Shown here: piece after piece, positions 47,433-60,576 of the stretch | How the letters are laid out: every line of letters begins with the position of its first letter | Numbering within the stretch: the first letter of the stretch is position 1 | NCBI GenBank assembly: GCA_903813345.2 | Contig: CAIIXF020000001.1 | Coordinates: 16,244,001 to 16,308,000 of the forward strand | Direction: 5' to 3' | Length of the DNA stretch: 64,000 nucleotides | DNA from: Owenia fusiformis | Lineage: Eukaryota | Position numbers and translations under genes: made by a program | The notes under the pieces: generated by a model | Database searches by the model: none | Told to the model about the DNA's origin: nothing | The model's input: the letters and a program-made list of their open reading frames with translations, nothing else

Positions 47433-48440
47433 TATCTTTGCATTCGTGTGATATTTTGGTAATCGAAACATGGGTGGAATTTTCGAGGATGCTATTAAGA
47501 GATTCGTACATCATCAATGTTTTTCAACAATAAAGTAATAGAAAAATAAATCAATGGCTGTCCGTAGTGTGGGAATAGTTAATGTTCTTTAAACCCCAAA
47601 ACCCCATTATTACCAAGCACTGATTGAGAAACAGTGCTGTTTGAGATTGGCTGTGTATTAGTTAAGTTTAGTTCATCAATATTTTCTAACTGACAGCTAA
47701 TATACTCTTTATATTTAACATCACTCGACTTACTTAATGAACGTGTGAAAGCCTTGTATTGATTAGAAATTACAATGGATCTCTAATGTCAATATTACGT
47801 CATTGTTTAAAGATATTGCATACACAATTAAATAATTGGCATTTAGAAGCTCACATTTCTTTAAATATGTATGAAATATTTTTTATAAATTTGCTCAGTA
47901 CGTACTTGAGCAGAAGAACATGTGGTTTGGAAAAACACGGGTACCGGGAGTGGGTATTTCATCTTGTCAAAACCTTCATGGGGGATTGGGATTTTAAAAA
48001 TGTTTAAAGTACAACACTTTGATTTCTCAGTTGTGTGAATTTCATCCTGGTAAAAACGACATTTTAAAGTGACAATAATTAGCATAAAAATTGTGTACTT
48101 GAGGTGTGGCAATTTTAAATCACAAGGACAATATGACTAAGATCATCGTAATTCCCTGGTTCTAGCGCTGTCATCTTTTTGGAGTATAACACATAGTGGT
48201 TTATTTTTCAGTTCTCTGAAGACTTCCCAAATAGTGTGTTCCGGTTTTTAGGTATATATATATCTTTTATTGACTCTCTGATGTCATTGCAATGACATAT
48301 TAGTCACTACAAACTACAATATACAAAATTAAACTAAGTGCTGTACCCGTTTTTCAATATTTTTAGACCCCCGAATTAAGAACCCGGTCCCCGGCTTTTT
48401 CAAAGTGTTTGTATGTGCCAGACGAGTAAATGTATATCTA

Positions 48441-49007
48441 TTAGGTTATTCTGCCTGGTATGAACAGTAAAGACACTTGGGATGGGCCATGTATTTTTCT
48501 GTCCCCTGCCCTTTCAATTGGGGCCCCAGGCATCCTTAATAAAGGCCGGGTCACAATGCTCTGTCGTCTTGGCCCGGGGGTGTTTTGCCCCAATCTTAAG
48601 TCTAGTCGAGAATCTAGGCCCCGTTCGCTCGTCGTTGCACTGCGTTCTCCAAGCCCTCTCTCCATTTTCTCCCACTCCTGGCTTCCTCCAGGTGCACTTT
48701 GGAGATTTGAACGAGTCATATCCAACAGTTCCCTTTTCTGTTTCGCCAACGCTGTAGCCTTATGTTTTTCTAAATTGTCATTTTCAATGTTTCGCTGTCG
48801 TTCTAGTAGTTTGTCTTGCCGTTTAAGTATGTCTTTCTGGGCACGAGTCATTTGTCTTTGAAACAACTTTTTGTCCTTTTCTAGTTGAAGAATTGCTGTG
48901 TTACATTGTTTGGTGAGGTCTTTGTTCATCTGAAATAACTGAGTTGTTTTACGTCTTGTTTCCAATCTGACCCGCCTCTGAGAACTATGTACCCTGGCCT
49001 GATTCAT
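48441..49007 (-). CDS. Uncharacterised 188-aa basic coiled-coil protein
   Basis: GC-elevated ORF in AT-rich context; heptad-like K/R/E/Q-rich N-half and P/R/G-rich tail. Plausible 5'UTR intron on the minus strand: donor GTGAGT at 50258-50253, acceptor TTTTCAG ending 49459. Confidence 0.65.
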   Translation of the reverse strand: MNQARVHSSQRRVRLETRRKTTQLFQMNKDLTKQCNTAILQLEKDKKLFQRQMTRAQKDILKRQDKLLERQRNIENDNLEKHKATALAKQKRELLDMTRSNLQSAPGGSQEWEKMERGLGERSATTSERGLDSRLDLRLGQNTPGPRRQSIVTRPLLRMPGAPIERAGDRKIHGPSQVSLLFIPGRIT

Positions 49008-49139
49008 AATTTGTTTATGACTTTTTGGTTAACTTCAAATTATATACAACTTTTATAACTCTAGCATGTTGTTCTTTAGTCTTTGTTCTACCAGTCTCTT
49101 CGTAGCTTAGGCTATAATTCCTTCACTGAGACTAACCTC

Positions 49140-49395
49140 TGGGAATCAAAGTCCTTTATAATCATATATGCCGGAAATCATATATTTTACAATAATATAT
49201 GCCAGACATCGAGGTCCTCTTTGATATATGCAAGACATCAAAATCCTCAATAATGAATATGCCAGAAATCATTCCTCTTCATATGCCTGACATCTCATCA
49301 AAGTCCACTACAATAACAAATGCCTGACATCAAAGTCCACTACAATAACTATGCCTGACATCAAAGTTTGCTATAATAAATGCTAGAAATCAAGT
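49140..49395. repeat. Degenerate tandem repeat (about 30 bp) upstream of the coiled-coil ORF
   Basis: Recurring ATGCC(A/T)GA(C/A)ATCAAAGTCC core, about 8 copies. Confidence 0.75.
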
Positions 49396-52329
49396 TCTCG
49401 CTGATTTGTCAGTTGAGTTTATATGTTGATGTTGGCTTATTCTTTATCCAAATACAACCTGAAAATATTGATAAGTCTAGTAAACAGATATTACATCAAA
49501 GTTTGGTGTGCACATAATTATGCAGGTCTAATTAGTACTTACTGATTTACAGTAAATCATGTATATTTTATGTAGGGTCTACTTTTTTGTTTTCAATTTT
49601 TCTCAAAAACTCATGCCCTCATATTTTGTGAATTTTGGGTCTCACGAGAATTTTAGGATTGCATATCACAATACATTATCATGAAACAAATAAAAAAGAA
49701 CTCTTAAAATTGAAAATCAGAATTTGTGAAAATTGAATGCATGAATTAAACATGTTTTAGTTTAAGATACCTTTGTAAATTGCTATAGATCTTGATATCC
49801 ATTAGATGTCAGATTTGTTAAGCATTGAATCCGGTGGTTTCATATTTCTAAAGGTCCTCAGATAGATCTTTAACGTTCATTGTTAATATAGGCTAGCACT
49901 TAAATTAATGGACTTCTTTCACACAAAGCTTTTACTTTATGTTTTCTTGTATTTTCTGTATCATTTAAAAAGAAACTCTCAATCAAAATTAAAAAGAAGT
50001 GTTCTTTTGTCCAGATTATTTGGGAACTAGGCCTACATGATAATAAATGAGCTATATAATTTCTTGAAAAGTATAGATATTTGGTGAACTAAAGATTTTT
50101 ACGCAACGACACATGGATGTAACATTGAACGTTTCTTGTTTATTTATATAATTATGATAATTTAGCACAATAACTTACTTAAAAAATAAAATAAATATGG
50201 TAAAACAAAAATCTTTAAAACAAAATGTAAAATGTTTTAGAAACAATCAAAAACTCACAGTTTTCTGCATATTGTTGACTCTCCATTCGTCCTCTTTTGA
50301 TGTGTGGCCTGGTGTGTTATGGTAACCTTTTTATTGAGGATTTATCTACTTTATGAATTATCTACAGTTAACTCTACCGCTATCGTAAATCCTGATGATC
50401 TGTTGATATTAATCTATTATAAATCACTGAACCTGAAATGAATTCGTCTTAAGTAAATACAATGTTCTCTTCGGTAAAAGGTCTTATTCATAATTTTAGA
50501 AATCCATATATTGATGAACTAAGAGAGCGATTACGACGAGTTGTTTGTCTTGCAATGTTTATTTTATGAACATTTGATTTGTCAGTTACCCTCAGAAATC
50601 AATGCTTCGATCTGTAATTAGAGTCATATTTGATTTGTCATCGGGTTGCATTAAAACATCCACTATATGTTCATTCTGCGCTCCTAAAGGTTCCTACTGC
50701 TCGCTCCTGCTGAAGGGGTCAGCTCATAATTGAATTACCAATAACTTTTTCAATTGGTGCAAAATTCATGATCATTTTCATCAGAATGTATTACTTGACC
50801 TGCCTGGGGGCGGGGGTATTTTATGGACTGTTTTTGAAAGAAATATTCAAAATGTGGCCCTAAAGTTGAAAACGATCCCGGCCGTAAAATGTTCAACTCT
50901 CCCCGGAACTCTCCCCTTGTAATAAAGAAAGGTTGAGGCGGTTGCTACCCTAAACTATCAAAAAACTTGCGAAAGACTTCATAAGAAGCATTCAGAAACT
51001 GACTCCATGTGAGACGTCTTTTAGTAGTTCAAAGAAGCAGTCTGACATGGACATCAGAAAATAGAGCCCCTTAGTCAGAGTTGAATCGTCGCTTCATCCA
51101 GGTACAAAAAAGTTATATTTAATGTAGTACCACTACTTACCAAGAACATCACATTGTTTTAGACTATTGACTTTACAAAGTAAACACGATCTGGGATTAT
51201 TTCTTGTATTTCTGCTGATTTGTATTATTTGATCCAATAATGAAGTTTGCTCACTGCCTTATAGGTTAATTAAGTAGATTGCGACTAAGTTCATACATCT
51301 TATTGGTAGGCAAGGTATTTTGGTGCATTACTTGAAAATGGAGACAGAAACACTGTAATATGAGGACTGCGATAGCCATATTGTCTATGTCATTTTTTAT
51401 TAAAAAGATTGGATACATAGACACGTAGCCAGGATTTGCCAAGGGGTGGGGTTCACTTTTTAAAGAATTCCATCTGGGGTTAGCTCCCGGTGGTTCGCTT
51501 TTGACTACCTTTGCCTAAAAAGGATCAAAATGACTTAGAAAGTACTATTCAGAAAAAACGCATGATAAATTTACCACGATGTCGTTAAAGTAATACGTTT
51601 TCCTCAATGAGGTCCCCGGGATAATAGAATTATCAATTCGAAAACCATGAATGTATAGTATATAATAGATTACCTCATTTTTAAGATATTCGACTTATTT
51701 TCTAAAAAAATATCTTGTTTTTCTCGTTGAAAGATATATTGGTGACCAAATTAGGCTAAAAACAATGGACCGCGTGAGTTTTACCTATGGGAAAGTAACA
51801 TATTTTTATCAATTCAATCTGTTTCCCTTTGCTGTGGCTCTGTTGAATACTGCATTTGGATTTACAGACTTAAATCTATATTGACAAAATTGTACTGTAT
51901 GTAATCATAGATAATGGGTTCTCATGAAAACGGTTATACGATTACGAGTTACGACCATCAACAATATATTGCCTATGGGAAAACACATTCATTACTGTCT
52001 TGCTATCTCTATTGACTCTATTGTAAAATCTCGTACTATCTTTAGTAGATGCCTAAAGTAAGTGCCATTGTACACTAATCAGGATTTGATGGTAGTTCTA
52101 CAACGGTGTAACAATAATGCTCATTGTTGTGATGATCATATATCAAATACTAATAGCATGTGAAGCAATTATTGAAAGTAAGATATCATGTCATAATGTC
52201 GCTGAATTACTTCTTGTCTCCATTCATCAATATTGAAAGCAACTTGTCGATATCTAAGCTTTAATGCGCTGTTTCGAGACATTAAACAGTGCATGATGTT
52301 TGACCTTTAAGTTTTGACTTTAAAATTCA

Positions 52330-52670
52330 GCCCCCCGATTTTTCGATAAGAACTCTCGATTTTCAAGTGGAGACTCTGATTTTTTATTATTAACTCACGA
52401 TTTATCTAATTCTTTTTCTTGTAAACCCTGATTTTCTCCCGATTTGATTTTAGCAATCCAGATTTTCTCCCCAGTCTATTTTCTATAGCCTAATATCTAG
52501 TTATTGTTACCCCGATTTTTCCTGATATTTTTAGAAACCCTGATTCAAGTTTCCCCCGATTTTTTGATAGAAATCCCGATTTTCAGAAAAAGAACCCGAT
52601 TTTCAGAAAAAGAACCCAGATTTTCCGATATTTTTTCAAACAACCCCGATTTTTCGAAAAAGTCTCGTGA
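52330..52670. repeat. Degenerate tandem repeat, unit about 20 bp
   Basis: Recurring CCCGATTTT core. Confidence 0.7.
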
Positions 52671-52923
52671 GTTTTATTTTCACTTGACATTGTGGAGAGT
52701 CTGGAGACGTGTTTGATTGTGTGACTTGTGTGACTGCCATTAAAACATGTTGAATATGAGACAGTCAAAGTGATAGACGTTAAAATACATTCTACATTAG
52801 AGTATATGTTGTGACTAAAGTGCTAAAACATGTTTGAAGTTATTTGGCTGCTATTTCATGCATCTAGATTATGACAGGCGTCCAATTTCGTGATTCGTGA
52901 AACAACGTCTTTATTTAACTACA

Positions 52924-55900
52924 ATGGCGGCGGTAATGATTTTCAATATTTTTGTATTTTTCTACGTTTTTGTTATTATTTCCGAATACTTGTTAAAATT
53001 GAATTAGTTAATAGTGTTGATGGAATGTTATACTACCTCTGTATCACTTGAAAATATAACCTGGTTTATTGGAATTGAACAAAAAATGATTTAGAGTGGA
53101 CTATTTTTGCAATTTTTAAAATTATTTTGAAAAGTCAAACTGAATTAGCCTATCTATTCTAGTTATTTAAACATTCTGAAGAATTATCAACCCTCAATTA
53201 ATAGTCTAGGTACACTTATGCATCTTTGTGCAAGAATGAAAGATGTAGATGATGTGTGGAATGTTTTTTTGAATTTTACAAAAATTGATGCAACCTCCTT
53301 CAAAATTGAGCTACATGTAGATCTAGAAGCTTCAAATACAAAGCATTTTAAAGCTCTTTTCTTCAATCTAATGGTTCTATTTTTTTGGTTATAGGGGGGG
53401 GGGTTGGTGATCACACCCATCGCACCCCCCCCCCCCCCCCCCCACCTGGCTACGCCTATCCGTTCATCATTGACACTTTCAGTACATGCAATGGTGCAGT
53501 CACTCTGAACAACTAGACTATATTTTGTTTGTATTTATTAGGAGAAGGAAAAACAGCTAAAGAAGCGTTTGAATCAGTTCCTTGGAGAGCTGCTCCAGAC
53601 TGGATCAATCAATGGATTTCGTCACTTTGTCATGTATATGCGGGGTAGAGAAGAAATGATGATCAGCGTTATGAATGAACCAGGAGTAAGTACCAAATAT
53701 TACTTGAAGAAAAATTGTAAATTGGATATTTCTGCAATCGGAATAGGACCAATATTGTTGGTCACTCAACTCAATTGCATCTTCACCCTAATGGTCACTA
53801 TCCTCACTGTGTTCTGACCTTTGCTAATATTGCAGATACAACTGGAACAACTGGCCATTGTATAAACACAACCAGTTGCCTTGAACTTTGACTTGCTGAA
53901 CAATCATTAGCACATATAAAGTGTTTCACGTGATTGTGGCATGCTCTGAAATAACCAGAAATGACATGTACCATATCGTACTGTTTGTTTTATGTCCAGG
54001 TGCCATATAACAGCTACACCAATGAACCAGTCCCTAGTCATGGTGAACAACAACCTAGGACATCCTCCTGCTCAAACAGTCTCACATCCAGCAATCTGCC
54101 CTATGATAAGTAAGTTTACATCAGAAATTCTTTGCTTCATTATTTCAGAAATTCTTACTCCACTTGAATATACCTGTCTTATTGGCTTATGATGGAATTG
54201 TTCCACATCCACCTGTCTGACCATGAACAATTTTTGGACAAATGAAAACTAGTTATTGTCTAAACCAATACTCATGTCTCATTTATGAAAGTTGATAATT
54301 TTCACTAATGGTTCCAGCTTCTTCCTTTGCCATATTTTGGAAGAATCAGCACATACAATTTTACATGATATTTTATTTATTTACATGTATTCATGATTAT
54401 GATTATATAGAGCCACCATGTGAGCCCAACGAATGGTGCCCTTTTCATGTGTATAGCCTAATTAATGCAAATATTAAAGACAATTATATCTCCAAATACC
54501 AGAAACATTAAAGAATTAAAAAATGCCAGATGCATAATATAGGACATAAATCTGCACTTTAGATCAGTTTATCATGACTAATTATCAGAATTCCAGGAAA
54601 GCTGCTTACCCGAGTGCTCAACTTGAATTTTAAAGACTCAAGAGCATAAAAGGGCCAAGATCTGATTAGGTTTTGGGCATTCTGAAGAAATTACTCATTA
54701 GGCATTTGATTTTTTTAATAAAAAGTGCAAATTTTTATTGTGTGTCTTGTTGAGTGAATGTGTTTATTTGTGCATTTTTAGGAGATCTCTATTGCTGTCT
54801 GCAAGGACACAGTTGAATCTGAGTGGTCTCGGGGACCAGGGTGTTGGCCTACCACCAGCCTCCCCTAGTGACAGGGAAATATCGATGGCAGTAAGTAGAC
54901 AATTGATGAATAACAGTATCAAAAGTTAGCAGTATGATTTCCCTACATACATACCTGTACGCCATTAACCCAAAATATCTTAACACCACACCTCTGAAAA
55001 CACCAAGTGGAATGATTTTCAACAAAACTGTCATTCCACGTCTTACACCTATTTAACTGTACACTGTATGTGGTTTTAAACAGCGGATTGTATGGGGCCA
55101 AAAATCAGTTTACCTCAAAATGGGGACTTTAAATCATACATCCAGTAAAGTGAGCAGCCTTGTGATTTTGAAAAGTGAATTGGAGTTCCAATTTTTGGGA
55201 TAATGTACCCCACATTCAGATTATGTCTTATGCTGTCTTTATTTGTCTTATATCGATTTATTTAATAGGCTGTTTCATTCATTCTCTGAACTGTCTACAA
55301 TTTAGGGTTGTTTTGGCCAGGTCAAACTGCTCTGGGCCTGAGGTTGATCTGAGTTGTTGTAATTATGGCAGTCTTGAGTGTGCTGACTCATTGGGTACAA
55401 GTGAAGAAATAAATATGTTCTGAATCAAATGTGAAGCACTTCAAATACGAAGCAAAAATGGAAGTACAAATAAATAAACGCGCTCCCTCGTGAAAATTAT
55501 TGAATTATAGTAGAATAATTCCTTATTAATCATTATCATGATATTTAATATCTATTTTCGGATATCAATAAGTGAAATAAGAGACAATACATTTGTCTTA
55601 AGTGTACATTTCATTTTTTTCATGTTCGACAATGTGGCAAGGCACTTCAATTTTACAATTGAGTCTAGATAAATTCATCTGCCTGGGGCTACTGTCGAGT
55701 GGATATTACCCACACTGATATGTCCCAAATAGTGAGCACAGTGAAACCAGTAAGGTGTAACACCTCTAGAAGTTGGAATAGCTCAACTGACTTATAGATG
55801 TTATATGAACCTCTATAAGTGGAACACCTCCCAAGTGGAATACATTTTACAGGTACCAAAGGTGTTCCACTTAGACAGGTTTTACTGCACATATATCTCA

Positions 55901-58192
55901 TTGATTTTTCAAAAACAATAATCAAAATATTTGCTTGTTGCTTTAGGATGAAAATTCCACTCTATTCCTCATAGCAGGATACAGTCGCTACAATAACCCA
56001 TATGTCTGGGTGAGAGCCAACCATGCAAGACTGGCCAAATATCTAGATGGCAATGCAGACAATGATAGCCCTTTGAGACTCAAGTCAACTCTACAGTGGG
56101 CTCAAGAAGGTACAATTTTGTGATCATTTTATTTTTATAGATCTCCTATTGTGGTTCATAAGAATTTAAGTTACCATATTCTCCCAAATGAGTGCTCAAT
56201 GCGCTTCCCAAATTGAAATTTAAAAGGGTAAGATATTGAGAGGTTCCGATAAGTGCACATACAAAACATTTAGAAAAAAATATAATCATCAATCGATATC
56301 TTGTTGTATACAGGGTGTCCCGAAAGTATGGGGCCCCCCCTAGGCAGACATATACCAGTGTCGTCATAGTATGTGTCATATATCATTTTAAAGCTTATCC
56401 AAAGTTACATTGATTCGCCAAGTATCATGGTTCAACTCTCAAATGTGAAAAAATTACAGGCATTTCAAAATTTAGTGTTTGGTCAAAATTAAGTTCAATT
56501 TTACACCAAATCACTAGTCAATGTGTCCTCCCGGGCCACCTTAACAGCAGCAATTCTTTTCGGGTCGGAGGGATATTGAGTTGGAAAAAGAGAACGGTGA
56601 GGGTAGAAACTCTAAGGAAACTCTTCTAAAGTCCCTTAACATGTTTTAAGAGGGTTATAAAATTGCACACCCCTATTTGAAGGGCTCATAAGGTCATATC
56701 TGAAAATAATTGCTGCTGTTAACATGGCCAAGGGGGGACATATTGACTAGTAATATGGTGTAAAATTGAACTTTATTTTGACAAAACACTGACTTTTAAA
56801 ATGACTGTAACTTTTTCCCATTTGAGAGTTAAACCATGATACTTGGCAAATCAATGTAACTTTGGATAAGCTTTAAAATGATATATGACACATACTATGA
56901 GGACACTGGAATATGTCTGCCTAGGGGGGGCCCCATACTTTCGGGACACCCTGTACATAATCGAAACTAATGCATTAAATGTTGTGTTTTCTCGAGACCA
57001 TATTCATCATAAAAGTCGCATGTGCGCTCATTGGAACTGTGTGCTCATTAGAGAGGATACAGTAATTATTGTTTACTGGGTCAAAATTAGCCATGCACTG
57101 AATAATAAATTCTCATTTTGAATATTATGCCAGTTATATAATTGCCATGTAAACGGGAAGAAAAAAGGTTGTTATAATTTTTAAGATATTCAAAGTTCAA
57201 TATTTTGAAAAAATAAAACGGTCATAGGCCATGTCTGATTGTTTCTGTGATCTTTTTATATTGTGTTTAATAGCTTTAATTCAATGGTTTTATGGAAGTT
57301 TGAAACAAGGTACATCGACCAAAGTAAATGGTCAATATACTAGATAGTATAGTATTAGAATCACAAATACAATTTTTACCATTCGGAATTTACCAATATT
57401 ACCACAAACCTGTTTTCTTCCTAGTATTTCACTGTTTGTTTCATCCATAGTCATCAATACATTCAAAATTAAGAGGTACATTTTTGAATTGCTGTAATTT
57501 TCTTATTTTAGATATAAAACTGTGGGATATTTTAGCTGAGCTGGTGAAACTATGCACCTACCCTCCACCTATAAATCCTTTTGAAGTGGATTTCGACTAC
57601 TTTGAGAATCTCCCTGCACAGGAGCAGGTGTTGGCAAGTGGTGCTATGATCAGCTTCTTACAAAAAGTATTCAGCCATAGGCAACAGGATAAACCCTACA
57701 CTGCTCATGGTTTGTAATGTTTATGTAACAATTGCATTGTACTATCACTGATCATTTTCAAACATATTTGCTATGCTATGTTAGGTCATGCTGTCTAACT
57801 GCTCGGAAAGAATGAATGAAAAGTTGGTTTAATTACTTGAGAAAAATTTATACTTCAAGGCTCACCTTAAATATTATCATTTTAAGGTCAACTTAAACAT
57901 ATCCTTGTCTGTCCTAACAGATATTAAGAGAATATATCCTAAGATATTAACAGAAACTATTGTTGCATTTCCAGTGCTGAAAGATCTGAATAAACTAACA
58001 GAGTTCCACTTCAAGACAGTGGCTTCTTTGCTTCAACAAGGTGCTATACCCTTGGCAGACAACTACCGTCCATTTCACAAACCAAATACATTCCCTGAAC
58101 ATTCCAATAGGATCTCAAGCTCCAATCCGAATAGTTTGAGTGGTGGTACACATGGACTACAAGGGTATAAATTCAGTACAGGGATGATATAA
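52924..58192 (+). CDS. Uncharacterised 316-aa protein, 7 coding exons
   Basis: Exons 52924-52932 (ATG GCG GCG|GTAATG), 53542-53685, 54000-54109, 54782-54890, 55947-56109, 57512-57709, 57975-58192 (TAA); all GT-AG and in phase, total 951 nt. Globular-looking blocks: GFRHFVMYMRGREE, STLFLIAGYSRYNNPYVWVRANH, LWDILAELVKLCTYPPPINPFEVDFDYF. The first exon is the least certain. Confidence 0.85.
55739..55888. mobile_element. pogo/Tigger-like MITE
   Basis: CAGTGAAACC ... GGTTTTACTG termini; shares the AAGTGGAACACCTC motif with 42119-42532. Confidence 0.5.
56311..56953. mobile_element. Tc1/mariner-type MITE (643 bp) with very long TIRs
   Basis: TA-CAGGGTGTCCCGAAAGTATGGGGCCCCCCCTAGG ... CCTAGGGGGGGCCCCATACTTTCGGGACACCCTG-TA; arms pair over roughly 240 bp. 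Confidence 0.85.
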
Positions 58193-58377
58193 ACTATTAA
58201 ACTTATCACTCAGAGCTCCTATTGAGGATGTTCGATACCCTGTTCAGTTGAAGTTCCATATATGTACATTCATTGTATTATTCCATTCAGTGATAGCATT
58301 AGACATTGTTACAAATGGTTACTCCTCTGTAATGGAAATGTTGTCACATATAATACCTTTCGCTGTGTTCAAGTTTG

Positions 58378-58470
58378 AAGCTTCTCAAAATTTTTTATTT
58401 TAAAAAGCTAGTCACTTTGATCAAAGCTTCTCAAAATTTGTTATTTTAAAAAGCTAGTCACTTTGATCAA
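58378..58470. repeat. 46-bp tandem duplication in the presumed 3'UTR
   Basis: AAGCTTCTCAAAATTT(T/G)TTATTTTAAAAAGCTAGTCACTTTGATCA twice. Confidence 0.85.
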
Positions 58471-58819
58471 CATGTACATTGTATTAAGTCTAATGCATGT
58501 TGTATTTTACTTTTTGATGCCATTAAACATATATAAAACATGGCAGAGAAACTTACAACATGGTTGTCTTTTAGGGCATAATAGTATTATTGTACTTTGC
58601 AATTATATAACAATGAGGCATTCACTAATAGAATTCACATAACGCTTTTTATATGAAATTGTATGGACCATGTACACCACACACTTTGTGCACCAACAAG
58701 CAGTGCAATATGCTTAATAGTTGTGGTATTCAAAAGTATGCAATCTGATTTTTCAAACCTGCACTCATATACACATGTAGAAGGACAAGTGATGGTCAGT
58801 AAAGAATAGCGTGTGTACT

Positions 58820-59163
58820 TATTATTACCACCTTGCAGGGCCTGTTCTAGAGGTTTTAGTACTAGTTGAGAAGGCATTTAAATTGCTATATTGACGTGAG
58901 CAATATTGTGTCGGGCGTTAATGACTTTAGTCGGGCAATAATGACATTATCCGCCCGGCTATGTTTCCCGGGAAAAGTGATATCGTTCAGTGCGTAAGAT
59001 TTTCTATTTCAAATTTGCTATTTCAGCCCTGGTCATTAACGGTGGTAATAATAGTAATAACGTCATTTCTGCGTGCAAAATAGTGAAATATTGGACCAAG
59101 GGCCGCGGCCCTTGGTCCAATATTTCACTATATTGCACGCAGAAATGACGTTATTGTACTATT
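58820..59163. mobile_element. Element with short terminal IR plus adjacent long hairpin (B)
   Basis: TATTATTACCACC (58820-58832) and GGTGGTAATAATA (59041-59053), followed by a 100-bp palindrome at 59056-59155. Confidence 0.6.
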
Positions 59164-59720
59164 AACTTGTCACAATGATAATTTTTCTCTAGGATAAACA
59201 CGACGATAAACACAACAAGATATGTTAGATTATTTATCATTATGGTCAAATTCTCAATATTTTTGCACTGTGATGAATGTTTTTTTGATTATTTTGGTCA
59301 ATATATACGTACACAACTAAATATTTTTATAATTGTTTACTATTACAAATAAGTTTGTTGTAAAAGTATATGTGAAATGTATGTTATAGCTGTTGTTTTA
59401 TATATTTTAGAATTTACAAAATAAAGTGTACGTCATACTCTATCATTATTGTTATCACAAAAATTGCATTTTGAGTCAATGTTTCAAATGTGGGAGTTTT
59501 CAGGTTGAATAACACAGCCAATCCCATTGAATGGAAAATATATTGTCCCTCGGAATAAAACCCATATTGAATCCCTCCCAGTAAATAACATCTATGTGTA
59601 TACAGAATATCAGATCATTTTGAGTAATATCATTTTTATTGAACATTTTACTGAGCGAAGTCAGTTCAACGAATTTCTGAAAAAAACACGGATCAACATA
59701 ATATCAGAAAAATCACTGAC

Positions 59721-59930
59721 TGTTATTCTGCAGATAACACAATAATCACAGAATACTGTTATTGTACAGATAACACAATAATCACAGAATACTGTTATTG
59801 TACAAATAACACAATAATCGCAAAATACTGTTATTGTACAGATAACAATAATCTCGGAATACTGTTATTGTACAGATCACACAGTAATCGTGGGATATTG
59901 TTATTGTACAGGTAACACAATGATCGTGAC
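59721..59930. repeat. 36-bp minisatellite, about 6 copies
   Basis: Unit TGTTATTGTACAGATAACACAATAATCACAGAATAC. Confidence 0.9.
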
Positions 59931-60576
59931 ATATTTCAGATTTGCGAAATGAATAATTATCAAAAGTGTTTTTCACTTTGTAATCTGAGAAAACTCAGCT
60001 GAGTGCTCATCATTTTTTATAACTAGAATATTTTAATCAAACAACAATGAATTTTACATGACATTGCATCAATTTATATAGTTTGATATATTTTCTCTAA
60101 ATGTGCTTAAAATAAGATATGAATTTCATCCTTTTGTTAGAAATAGGTCACAATGACATATTAAATTTTGACGGTAATCGTTTTTGACCTTCATTTCTCC
60201 GTATGATTCTCTCTTATACAGTTCAATATTTTGATTGACAGCTCTATTTTTGGAAGTGAAATTGAATGACTTGTGTTAAAACTCCGAGGTCAAGCTGATC
60301 TGGTCAGTCTGTAAGACAATTTAAAAACAGAATTTTGAGTGAAATTGATCGTTTCTACCTTAATTTTTCTCAGTAAAAACATATTTATAGAAAAATCTAC
60401 ATTACAAACCATTTTTAGCTATCTAGTATCAGTTTATTTGAAAGGTTTTAATCATAATTATTTTTATTTGAAAGAAGAGTTTTGATTGATTTTATAGGAC
60501 TGTTTTGACAAGAATTTCAAGGAAAGAACTATTCACAATCTTCACAAGTTCACAGTTTCACTTGTCTTATGAGATA

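Noticed and set aside
51420-53460. Single 2-kb hAT-like element bounded by CGTAGCCAGG / CCTGGCTACG
   Set aside because: No TSD, outer bases do not match, and the interval contains the probable first exon of the downstream gene; more likely two independent fragments.
54411-54419. 9-nt frame-preserving microexon in the uncharacterised gene
   Set aside because: Poor polypyrimidine tract; expected by chance.
56146-57121. Paired ORFs starting MTHTM on opposite strands (likewise 62188-62406 and 63014-63244)
   Set aside because: Mirror translations of MITE inverted arms, not genes.
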